Made by a program: the position numbers and the translations under genes. A DNA stretch of 64,000 nt, from positions 1,675 to 65,674 of the IMG/VR virus record IMGVR_UViG_3300023179_000106; one strand, written 5' to 3'. This DNA is from a virus (taxonomy: Duplodnaviria > Caudoviricetes). The notes beneath the pieces were generated by a model. The model was not told the origin of the DNA and searched no databases. It was given only the letters and a program-made list of their open reading frames with translations. The first letter of the stretch is position 1; every line of letters begins with the position of its first letter. This document shows, piece by piece, positions 18,961 to 27,400 of this stretch.

Positions 18961-21900
18961 GGAAAATCTTGAAAACAGTAGGGGTCGACGGGGACATATC
19001 AGTTGAGGAGCCGATCAGGTTCGTCTTGGAGACCAAAGACGGGGACGACTGCCTGATCAATCCGTACCGCATAGACTCCGTGACCGTATATTTCGTGTCG
19101 AGGGAATTCACGGACGTCACCGCCAACTCCTACCAGATGGTAGTCGAGAACGAAAGGGCGGTGCGAGAGTACGAGGAGGCAAGGGACGTCCTGTGCTCTA
19201 AGAAGAAGGACCCCGTGGGGGCCGCCACCACCTCGGAAATAACGCTGTCCGGCCTGCAGACCGTCGACGGCATAGCTCTTGACGAGGGCGCGAGGGTGCT
19301 CGTCAAAGACCAGGCGGACGCGACGCAGAACGGCATATACATCGCGTCGTCCTCGGCGTGGAAACGGTCGGACGACGCGAGGTCTTTCATGCCCAAGTCG
19401 TATGTCTTCGTGGAGGAGGGGATAGCGAATATCGGGAGCGGATGGTACTTGGAGTCGGGTCGGACGGTAGTGGTGGGCTCCACCCCTTTGACGTTCGTTC
19501 GGTTCTCTGACAACGGCGATCCCGCCTCGCCTGACGCCTACTCGGAGACCCGCGTCGCACAGCTCAAGAAGATCAAGTCCGACTCGGCGTCGAAAAGCGA
19601 CTTCTACTACAAGGACGCGGCGGTCGTAAAGACTTTCGGAGGGGTGCAGGATCGGCAGACGGGGGAGCTCTTCCCAGCGTGGCTCAACCCAGACATGGTG
19701 TCATCCGAACTACGCGACAAGGTGGCCGGAGACAACATACTGACGAGAGTCTACGAGGGGGACGAGCCCGCCACAGGAAAATTTGAACTCGTGTGGGATC
19801 CGTCCGGTTGTCGAGAAGGCGACTATTTCGTGTGTTGGTCCTGGCGTCCGACCCTTTCGGGCGAGACGATGTCCGCCCACCTCTATTTCTCGCTGGGCGG
19901 GGGCGTCGGGCTGACGTCCAGTATTCCCACGCACAGAACGGACCCCAAAAAATACAACATGTTGATGGCGAGGTACCTGCCCGACATGTTCGAGAACTTC
20001 ATATCGGAAAACGACCTGAGCCCTTTGGTTCTCAAGGGGCTGAACGAATCGGTGGCGGCCGGCTTCACGATGATCGAGAACTTGGCCAACCAGATAATAG
20101 ACCTTTTGGACTCCAACGCCACGCACGAGCAGCTTCTGCCGCTTCTGTCGAACATGTTCGCCCTGAAGGTCAAGTCTTCCGACTCGACCCTGTGGCGTCG
20201 CCAGATAAAGAAGGCAATACCAAACTTCAAGAAGAAGGGGACGATCGTGGGTCTGCGGGAGGCTTACGGCGACGCCGGCATGAAGCTGCTGAGGCTCGCA
20301 AGGCTATGGCAGGTGGTCTCGGAGTACACGCACCAGGAAAGCTTCACCTACGAAGACTCCAACACATTCCCGCTTTCCAAGGCGATGATCCTTCCGGTGG
20401 ACTCTAATTTCGAATTGTGGTTTCGCCCCGCGGAAGGACAGTGGCAGGATGTGACCTCGAGCCACGGCGTGCTGGCGGGCTTCGACGGCTCCAATCTTGT
20501 GTGGAACGGGACCATTTCCAAGGGCGACTCGGTGCGCGTACTGTACAAGACCAAGGAGATACCCTCGTCCAGGCAGGCGCTGGAGGACTACATCCGTGGG
20601 ATGCCGCTCATGGACAACCGGGACGAAAGAGGCCAGCAGTACCCGCCGAAGAACTGGAACGTGCGGGTCGTGGAGGAGGACGATCCTATGTTCGGCGTCC
20701 TAGTGCCCGTGCGTCACCCCCTCGCAGATCCCGTGGTCTGGGGCAGGGTTCGCACGGAGTTCCCCTACAGCGAGAACGCCTACAACATGGACGAGTACAA
20801 CGGCTCCAAGAGGGACAGCCTTGATCCTTGCGACATCGACAAGGACTTCGTCGATTCGTGCGGAAGTTGCCAGGCGAGCGTTTTCAACATCGACTTGGAG
20901 GTGGAGGGCCTATCCGACGCAGGCTTCGCGGAGGCCATGCAGGTGGCGGAGGAGAACATGCCGTTTCACTCCATGGTGCACACTTACAACCTGAGCGGCT
21001 CTCGCACGGAGTTCGTGGGGCCTCTGGAGGAGCGCATAGAGACTTTGGTCACCGTGTCGGGCGGGGAGACGCTCATAGCCGGCGAGGCGCAGCACATTTT
21101 CAATAGGAGTGTGGACGCCAGCCAGGTCGACGACGTGAGAAGGGACATACTCGCGAGTTTTGAGGCCGTCGAGGCTCCCGGCGGAGGCACCACATGGGGA
21201 GGAGTCCTGCGGAACAGCAGGGTTTGCCTATTCCCGTCGTCCCTCAATTCGGAGTCTGACCTCAACGAGCCCGACACGGCGGGACTGTCGCAAGGCTTCG
21301 GACAGTACAACATAGACACAAGTTCGCCCGACGAAGACCCGTTTGAGAGTGGAAACCTCTTGGAGTTGTTGGGTTCCACCGCCAGATACCACACTCTGTC
21401 TTCGATAGACCTGTCTGCGGCCGAGATATACGGCGAGGTCGACCCATCCACCGTCGGCCCTTTGTTCGAATACCGCATATCCAACAAGGTCGCCGACATC
21501 ACCGTCGACATCGTCCAATCGGACCGCGTCGTGTTTTCGGACGAGGACGCAGATTTCTATCTGGTCGGCATCGTGTCACAAAAGGACGTGGACGACGAGG
21601 TCGCCCCCGGGCCGGCGTGGACACTGAGGTTCGAGTCTTCCGAGTACAAGGTTCTCGACCTGCTTCCCGACGGGACGCTTCTGTTGGAGGAGGCAGGGGC
21701 CGTGCCTTCCTTGTCCGGTTGGCAGCTGTGGGCCGTCGGCGAACAAGTCGCCAGCGGGCCGGGAGGCTCAAAGGCCGTCAAGAAGATGGGGCTCGTCGAG
21801 GTGGTTTCGGCATTGGGCGTCGGGGCTCGATCCCTGATCCGACTTGGCGACTACCTGTACATCGGGTGGGGGTCGACGCCTTCAAGGCACAAAGTGAGAT

Positions 21901-22490
21901 CATACAAGGCGGGCGAGGAACTCTTCTACATAGAGGACTACGAGGGGGGCGGCGCCGGGGGCGTGGATGCGAAGGTCTACCGCAGGGTGATAGAGTCGCG
22001 GGTGGGGCAGGTCGGGTACGACGGTTTGGTCCTGGACTCTGATGCGGATCTGGAGTCGGAACTGCCCATTTCCAACGGGCTGTCGGCGAATGTAAACGAG
22101 GTCAATTCGGACTTCTTGCGAGAGAACTACCTCATTTTTATAGGGTCGGAATACTACACTATTCTGCATGTCGACGGCTCCAGCGCCATCCTAGGGGGGC
22201 GGCTGGACTCCTACACCAAGGACGGGCAGGAGGTTGATTTCACCGTCTACAGGTTCTCGAAGCAGGGTCTTACTTTGCGCGAGCGGGTCGAGCCCCGCGT
22301 GCCTTCGTTCGACTTCGACTTCGTCGACAGGTCCGGGAAGGCATTGATAAAGAGCACGCAGGCTGTGGGCGGGATGAGTGTCCTTTCCTCAAGGTTGAAC
22401 TCCGCCAACAGCGGACAGCCATTCGATACGGCAGCGCAAGACGAGCAAATAGAGTTCACGGTGGAATACAGAGACGGAGAAGAAACATGA
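18957..22490 (+). CDS. Large baseplate wedge/tail protein (gp7/P2 gpI-like segment plus fibre-type domain)
   Basis: LLPLLSNMF..WRRQIKKAIPNFKKKGT (P2 gpI-like) and LSGLQTVDG..RVLVKDQADATQNGIY (common virion/fibre domain). Confidence 0.7.
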   Translation: MRKILKTVGVDGDISVEEPIRFVLETKDGDDCLINPYRIDSVTVYFVSREFTDVTANSYQMVVENERAVREYEEARDVLCSKKKDPVGAATTSEITLSGLQTVDGIALDEGARVLVKDQADATQNGIYIASSSAWKRSDDARSFMPKSYVFVEEGIANIGSGWYLESGRTVVVGSTPLTFVRFSDNGDPASPDAYSETRVAQLKKIKSDSASKSDFYYKDAAVVKTFGGVQDRQTGELFPAWLNPDMVSSELRDKVAGDNILTRVYEGDEPATGKFELVWDPSGCREGDYFVCWSWRPTLSGETMSAHLYFSLGGGVGLTSSIPTHRTDPKKYNMLMARYLPDMFENFISENDLSPLVLKGLNESVAAGFTMIENLANQIIDLLDSNATHEQLLPLLSNMFALKVKSSDSTLWRRQIKKAIPNFKKKGTIVGLREAYGDAGMKLLRLARLWQVVSEYTHQESFTYEDSNTFPLSKAMILPVDSNFELWFRPAEGQWQDVTSSHGVLAGFDGSNLVWNGTISKGDSVRVLYKTKEIPSSRQALEDYIRGMPLMDNRDERGQQYPPKNWNVRVVEEDDPMFGVLVPVRHPLADPVVWGRVRTEFPYSENAYNMDEYNGSKRDSLDPCDIDKDFVDSCGSCQASVFNIDLEVEGLSDAGFAEAMQVAEENMPFHSMVHTYNLSGSRTEFVGPLEERIETLVTVSGGETLIAGEAQHIFNRSVDASQVDDVRRDILASFEAVEAPGGGTTWGGVLRNSRVCLFPSSLNSESDLNEPDTAGLSQGFGQYNIDTSSPDEDPFESGNLLELLGSTARYHTLSSIDLSAAEIYGEVDPSTVGPLFEYRISNKVADITVDIVQSDRVVFSDEDADFYLVGIVSQKDVDDEVAPGPAWTLRFESSEYKVLDLLPDGTLLLEEAGAVPSLSGWQLWAVGEQVASGPGGSKAVKKMGLVEVVSALGVGARSLIRLGDYLYIGWGSTPSRHKVRSYKAGEELFYIEDYEGGGAGGVDAKVYRRVIESRVGQVGYDGLVLDSDADLESELPISNGLSANVNEVNSDFLRENYLIFIGSEYYTILHVDGSSAILGGRLDSYTKDGQEVDFTVYRFSKQGLTLRERVEPRVPSFDFDFVDRSGKALIKSTQAVGGMSVLSSRLNSANSGQPFDTAAQDEQIEFTVEYRDGEET

Positions 22491-22978
22491 AAGACGCGAT
22501 GGGCTGCAGGGGAGACATCCAGATGATCGTGGAGAGAAGGGGGAGCGTCGAGGTCGTCGAGTTTCGGAACGCGATACTGCGGACGGGTCGGGAGGCTTTG
22601 GCGTTGTCTTTGGCGAACAGGCTGGGCGGCGACTTCGACTTCTTCGTGAGCAGAATGCTGTTCGGCGACGGAGGGGCGATCGGAGGTTCTCCCAAGGCCG
22701 TAAACACGGAGCGGACGGCCCTGTACGGGACGACTCGAGTGTGCAAGCCCGTCGTGGCCAACATCGACCCGAACAACGGCTCGCAGGTAACCTTCACTTC
22801 CGTGGTGTCCTACGACGAGGGCAACGGATTCGACATAAACGAGATGGCCCTCCAGCTCCACGGAAGCGTGCCACCTGGCGGAACGAGCCCCAGCCTGTAC
22901 AGCATGGCCACATTCCCCGGAATATCAAAGACCTCGCTCATGCAGCTCACCTTCAACTGGCGCATCAGTTTCATCTAG
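22487..22978 (+). CDS. Baseplate/tail fibre attachment protein
   Basis: NAILRTGREALA..FGDGG..EGNGFDINEMAL..FPGISKT..FNWRI pattern of fibre N-terminal anchor domains. Confidence 0.6.
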   Translation: MKDAMGCRGDIQMIVERRGSVEVVEFRNAILRTGREALALSLANRLGGDFDFFVSRMLFGDGGAIGGSPKAVNTERTALYGTTRVCKPVVANIDPNNGSQVTFTSVVSYDEGNGFDINEMALQLHGSVPPGGTSPSLYSMATFPGISKTSLMQLTFNWRISFI

Positions 22979-22985
22979 GAGTGCC

Positions 22986-23234
22986 ATGGCGAGGGACATC
23001 GAGTTTCGATCCGAATCCGGCAGGATATTGATAGACGGCGAGCCCTTCGACTGGGGGCTTGACGACGAAGCCATCGAAGAGGCCAACAGGCACGCCGGCA
23101 CGCCTCGCTTCATGAAGGCGATACACAACGACATCATGGGTCACTTCCTTGACTCGTTGTCCGAGGTCTTGGGCTTCAGGCCGTCAATGAAGCAGGTAAA
23201 CGAGGGTCTAGACAGGGGCTTCATATCTAAATGA
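22986..23234 (+). CDS. Hypothetical protein
   Basis: SD AGGAG; coupled to the next gene. Confidence 0.65.
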   Translation: MARDIEFRSESGRILIDGEPFDWGLDDEAIEEANRHAGTPRFMKAIHNDIMGHFLDSLSEVLGFRPSMKQVNEGLDRGFISK

Positions 23235-23761
23235 TACTCATCGATGAGAACGACGACAGGTTCTACATAGCGAGGTCGACACAGCCGGAGGCCGGCAGGG
23301 GGCTGTTCGCGTCGCGCGATATCGAGGAAGGCGACTGCCTAGAGGTCAAAGGGGTGATGGTGGACAAGGGTTCGCCTGCCGACTCCTGCACCGCCTACGC
23401 CGACGCCTTCAAGTTCGCGGCTGACTACGCAGGCGTCTACACCCGCCACATAATACCGATGGGCTACGCGGGCATCGTCAACCACGCCAACAACAAGGAA
23501 GAGCAGAACGTAGAGATCAGGCACATCATGCGCGGAGGCAAGAAGGTCTGTGTGTACCAGTTCGTCAAGCCCGTCGCCGCGGGACAGGAAATCCTCGGGG
23601 ACTACGGCGACGATTGGAGGGGGCTTGACGGGTGGAGCAGGAAGGTGAACGAGGCCTCAGACGAGTCGGAGGAGAGGGAGTGGGCCTCTTTTATAGGGCG
23701 CGGTCTATATAACCTGGACAGGCTCAGCAGGCCGAGGGGGGACGATGCCACAGATCAATAA
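23231..23761 (+). CDS. SET-domain protein-lysine methyltransferase
   Basis: AGRGLFASRDIEEG (motif I), GYAGIVNHA (NHS motif), PVAAGQEILGDYG (GEELxxDY). Confidence 0.88.
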   Translation: MILIDENDDRFYIARSTQPEAGRGLFASRDIEEGDCLEVKGVMVDKGSPADSCTAYADAFKFAADYAGVYTRHIIPMGYAGIVNHANNKEEQNVEIRHIMRGGKKVCVYQFVKPVAAGQEILGDYGDDWRGLDGWSRKVNEASDESEEREWASFIGRGLYNLDRLSRPRGDDATDQ

Positions 23762-24605
23762 CATTCCGCAGGTGCTCTACGAGCCGAACCAGCCGTACCA
23801 CTATCACTACGACAACCTGCCCCTCCGCAACATCCTCGCGAGGATCGGGCTGGTCAACATACAGGTCGACACGAACACGGACATGTTGCGCGGGGCGGCT
23901 GGCGACGCCGGTTCGCTGAACGCCCGATTGGCCGAGGCTCTGGAGTCGGACGGCTCAATCAAAACCTCCGCAGTCGATTCGGCTCTTCATGGGATAGGGC
24001 ACCATTCGGACGGGCCCGGGCCCGACGGCGTAGAGTACGTAAGGATGAAGGAGGCGGAAAGGGCCAAGCTCTTATCCGTGGAGAGTTCCGCCAACAAGCT
24101 GACTATTTCCGTGGAGGACGATTTTCCCACCATCGGCGACACGGTCGAAATACTCAACGGAACAGTTAGCCTGCGGGGCTCTTCCAGCATATTCTTCGAC
24201 TTCGAGGCTCCCAACATCGTTCGGGCACACTCTGCGTTCCCGCCGGATACCGCCCATCGGCACCATTACGGTCGTGAGCCAGTATTGTTGGCCAATTCTT
24301 CGTCTTCGTCGTCCAGCTTGTCTAACTATGCGACGACTTCGGTCTCCACGCCCTACGCGGAGGGGACTCTGCGCGTTTATGTGAACGGCGTGCGTCTCTC
24401 GAACTCTTCTGTGCCCGTGCCCAACAGCGACGGGAGTTCATTCGCCGCCACGCACGTCGTATCGGAGGAGCCTTCCGAAGGCCACTTCTCCTTGAACAGG
24501 CCGCTCGACGAGTCGGAAGTCATAAGGATAGATTTTGACGAGAAGTTTGTTGCCTCGTCATCTTCATCTTCAAGTTCATCTTCATCGTCGAGTTCATCTT
24601 CCTAA
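23745..24605 (+). CDS. Putative virion structural protein with poly-Ser tracts
   Basis: GTLRVYVNGVRL beta-sandwich motif; internal Ser7 run and C-terminal Ser16 run. Confidence 0.65.
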   Translation: MPQINNIPQVLYEPNQPYHYHYDNLPLRNILARIGLVNIQVDTNTDMLRGAAGDAGSLNARLAEALESDGSIKTSAVDSALHGIGHHSDGPGPDGVEYVRMKEAERAKLLSVESSANKLTISVEDDFPTIGDTVEILNGTVSLRGSSSIFFDFEAPNIVRAHSAFPPDTAHRHHYGREPVLLANSSSSSSSLSNYATTSVSTPYAEGTLRVYVNGVRLSNSSVPVPNSDGSSFAATHVVSEEPSEGHFSLNRPLDESEVIRIDFDEKFVASSSSSSSSSSSSSSSS

Positions 24606-24614
24606 AAGGGGAAC

Positions 24615-25184
24615 ATGCAGTCCTGCGCCGATTTTTCATCTTCGCTCGGGTTCGTGATACTGTCGCCGGAGCCCAACATAGCGAGGCTGAGGGACACGGT
24701 GCGGTCTATTGGCTACCTTTTCGGTGACGCGACCCCGATTGTTTGCTCAGTCGCCAAGGGGGCCGGAAAGTCCAGGATCGAAGAGATGAAGGGCGTGTGC
24801 TCGGTCGTCGAGGGCGGATCAACCATAATGTCCCTGATAAACCGCGGCATGAAGGGGTGCAAGGGCGAGGGCTGGAGGATGCTGGTGATGGAGGGCGCCA
24901 GAATCCCGCGCGGAATAGAGAAGAGATACAGCCGCTGGATACGCGGCGAGAAGGACGTCCTGTTCCCGATAACGGTCAGCCAAGACCGTGAGGGCCGGCC
25001 CCTGAAGATCATGGCCAACTTCGAGGAGTGCACACTCAACGGAATAGCGATGCACACAAGTCTGTTCAAAGAGGTCGGGGAGTTCTCGGACAACCCTATC
25101 GCCGTATCCAAGAGCTTCTGGGCGGTCGGGGCGCTTCAGAGCGGCGCGACTTTCAAGGCGGTGCTTGGGGTGAAGGTCATCTAG
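24615..25184 (+). CDS. Divergent GT-A/GT2-like glycosyltransferase-fold protein
   Basis: FVILSPEPNIARLRDTVRSI..SLINRGMKGCKGEGWRMLVMEG resembles a GT2 N-terminal half; DxD not conserved. Confidence 0.45.
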   Translation: MQSCADFSSSLGFVILSPEPNIARLRDTVRSIGYLFGDATPIVCSVAKGAGKSRIEEMKGVCSVVEGGSTIMSLINRGMKGCKGEGWRMLVMEGARIPRGIEKRYSRWIRGEKDVLFPITVSQDREGRPLKIMANFEECTLNGIAMHTSLFKEVGEFSDNPIAVSKSFWAVGALQSGATFKAVLGVKVI

Positions 25185-25717
25185 ACCGAAAAAAAGTACC
25201 ACCTCGACTTGAGGTCGACTTGGTCGGACGAGTCGACCTCCTTGAGATAGTTCATTATCTCTCCCCAGCTTGAGAAGATCATCTCGTGAGGTATGGTACC
25301 AAACAGCCAGTCGGGGGCCTGGTTCTTGCCCTGCTCGACGTGCACCAGTATGGGCTTCTTCTGACGATTCGCCCAGAATATCTCCTCGAGCGTGCCGCAG
25401 GGATGCGTGTTTATGTCCAGATTGACGACTAGGAAGTCGCTTATGTCGACTAGCCTGAGGTCGGTGGCTCTGATCACCTTCATCATAGCCGACAGCTCGT
25501 CATAGCGCTCGGACGCCTTGAGCGAGGCCTTTGTCTCGTGGGTGGAATCGTCCTCCGCGCCGACTTCAGTGGGCTTATTGAGGGGGTTGAAGACGACCAC
25601 GCCCATGTCCTTGAGAAAAGGCGTGATGTCCGAACGCCACCCCGCCCCCCTGTCCGGAACCCTGTCTATGGCTCCCGCGAGGTACGCCCTCTGGTTCTTG
25701 AGTCTGTTCAAGGCCAA
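25181..25717 (-). CDS. Nucleoside 2-deoxyribosyltransferase-like protein
   Basis: YLAGAI..WR..FNP..DLRLVDISDFLVV..GTLEEIFWA..KPI. Confidence 0.8.
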   Translation of the reverse strand: MALNRLKNQRAYLAGAIDRVPDRGAGWRSDITPFLKDMGVVVFNPLNKPTEVGAEDDSTHETKASLKASERYDELSAMMKVIRATDLRLVDISDFLVVNLDINTHPCGTLEEIFWANRQKKPILVHVEQGKNQAPDWLFGTIPHEMIFSSWGEIMNYLKEVDSSDQVDLKSRWYFFSV

Positions 25718-25760
25718 ATTCCCTCCTTGTTTTCTCTAATACTATAGGAGGATCAATACC

Positions 25761-26426
25761 GTGTCAAGCGATATGATAACGCAGGCTTCTGACATCCTAT
25801 CAAAAACTAGGATTTCGGGGCGCCACACATTCTACCAGCTCAAGCACTTCGTGCTGGGCAAGGAACTCACGACCCAGGCCAAGATGTGGAAGTGCCTCCG
25901 CGAGCTCGAGGCCAGGCTGGCGTCCGCCAAATCGGCAGAGGCGGCCATCGAAGAGGCCGAGGACGACGCCCGAATCCTGCAGATAAAGATGGAGGTTTTG
26001 GAAAAAAAGAAGACCAAAGGAAGACTACATAGGGAGCACAACGAGATTCAGGGGCGCAAGCTTGGGCGCAAGAGGAAGGTCTTGATGGATTCTATTTCCG
26101 AGATGAAGAAAAGGCTTGCGGAGACGGAGGAAGAGATGGGCTTTTTCATGGGCGCCTTCCGCCAGTTGGAGGCCATCGAGCCTTTGAGGAGCCAAGACGA
26201 CCCGGAAACCTGTTCTCATTACTGGGACCAGAATTTCGCACAGGAACTCCATCTCAGGCTCATGTTTCAGAAGCCCCTTGATCTGGAGCTCATCAAGTCG
26301 ATTCTGGCCCTTGACGACAAGTCTTCGACCCGAAGGGAATTGGTGGGGATGATCGAGCAGATACAGCGAATGGCCATTTCGGCCAGGGAGCCCGAGGCCA
26401 TAGGTCAAAAAGGGGCAGCGAGTTGA
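25761..26426 (+). CDS. Coiled-coil protein, possibly fibre-associated
   Basis: SD AGGAGG with GTG start; long heptad region; precedes the fibre-like genes. Confidence 0.65.
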   Translation: MSSDMITQASDILSKTRISGRHTFYQLKHFVLGKELTTQAKMWKCLRELEARLASAKSAEAAIEEAEDDARILQIKMEVLEKKKTKGRLHREHNEIQGRKLGRKRKVLMDSISEMKKRLAETEEEMGFFMGAFRQLEAIEPLRSQDDPETCSHYWDQNFAQELHLRLMFQKPLDLELIKSILALDDKSSTRRELVGMIEQIQRMAISAREPEAIGQKGAAS

Positions 26427-27400
26427 GGAGAATATCCAGCTACGACGATGGCTATGTCACCGGAGACCTGTCCTTGTTCCCTGCGGCCTTGGACGACAAG
26501 GACAGTCTGTACGAGGCGAGGAACAACGCGGAGACGCGCCTGAGGTCGGGGCTGTCTTACAATGCGAGGCAGATCATAGTCGAAAGCACGGTCGGGTTCC
26601 CCGACAAGGGTCTCGTGCGCGTCGGGCCGCCTGCGGGGCGCTCGGGCGAGGCGGAACTCATCTACTACGGGGCGAAGACCGACTCCGTTCTCAAAGACCT
26701 GACTCGGGGCTTCTCGGGTTCCAGGCAGAACCAGTGGCCTTCCGGGTCTTGGGTCACCAACGCCGTCACCGCGGAGCCGCACAACGCGATCAAGGACGCC
26801 CTGATCAACATGCAGCGCAGGCTGGGCCTGAAGTCGTTCCCGGAGGAGGGCACGCTCAACAGGAGGCTCCGGGACATGGAGCTTCGCTACCTGTCGCCCA
26901 AGGCTCTCTTCAGGGTGTTCCCGCGGGCGTGCAAGCCCGGGACGCCGATAAGGTTTCAGAGCCTGTGCGAGGGCGACATCATCCGATACATGTGGGATTT
27001 CGGCGACGGCGGGACGAGCGTCGAACAGAATCCCGTTTACGCCTACGCTAACGAGGGGACTTATACCGTCAAGCTGCACCTCGTTACGGCATCCGGGGCG
27101 CAGGGCATATCGACCAAGTCGAACTACATCAGGGTTTCTATGGCCGAGCAGGCGCCGTTCTTTTATGTGTCGCTCATCTCTGGCCGCACCTACAGGTTTG
27201 TCGACCAGACGGACGGCGACGTCAAGCAGCGCTTCTGGGTGTTCGGCGACGACCAGAACTATGTGGAGTCCGACCCGAATGTGCACGAGCACATACACAC
27301 CTATGCAGACGCCGGCACATATAGGCCGTCGCTTCTGGTCGGCTTCGCCGACCAGTCCATAAGAAGGGTGTTCCTGAAAGAGACGCTGGAGGTGGCATGA
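26423..27400 (+). CDS. PKD-domain fibre-like structural protein (paralog 1)
   Basis: YMWDFGDGGTSVEQNPVYAYANEGTYTVKL plus a second WVFGD..HTY..GTY PKD. Confidence 0.8.
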   Translation: MRRISSYDDGYVTGDLSLFPAALDDKDSLYEARNNAETRLRSGLSYNARQIIVESTVGFPDKGLVRVGPPAGRSGEAELIYYGAKTDSVLKDLTRGFSGSRQNQWPSGSWVTNAVTAEPHNAIKDALINMQRRLGLKSFPEEGTLNRRLRDMELRYLSPKALFRVFPRACKPGTPIRFQSLCEGDIIRYMWDFGDGGTSVEQNPVYAYANEGTYTVKLHLVTASGAQGISTKSNYIRVSMAEQAPFFYVSLISGRTYRFVDQTDGDVKQRFWVFGDDQNYVESDPNVHEHIHTYADAGTYRPSLLVGFADQSIRRVFLKETLEVA

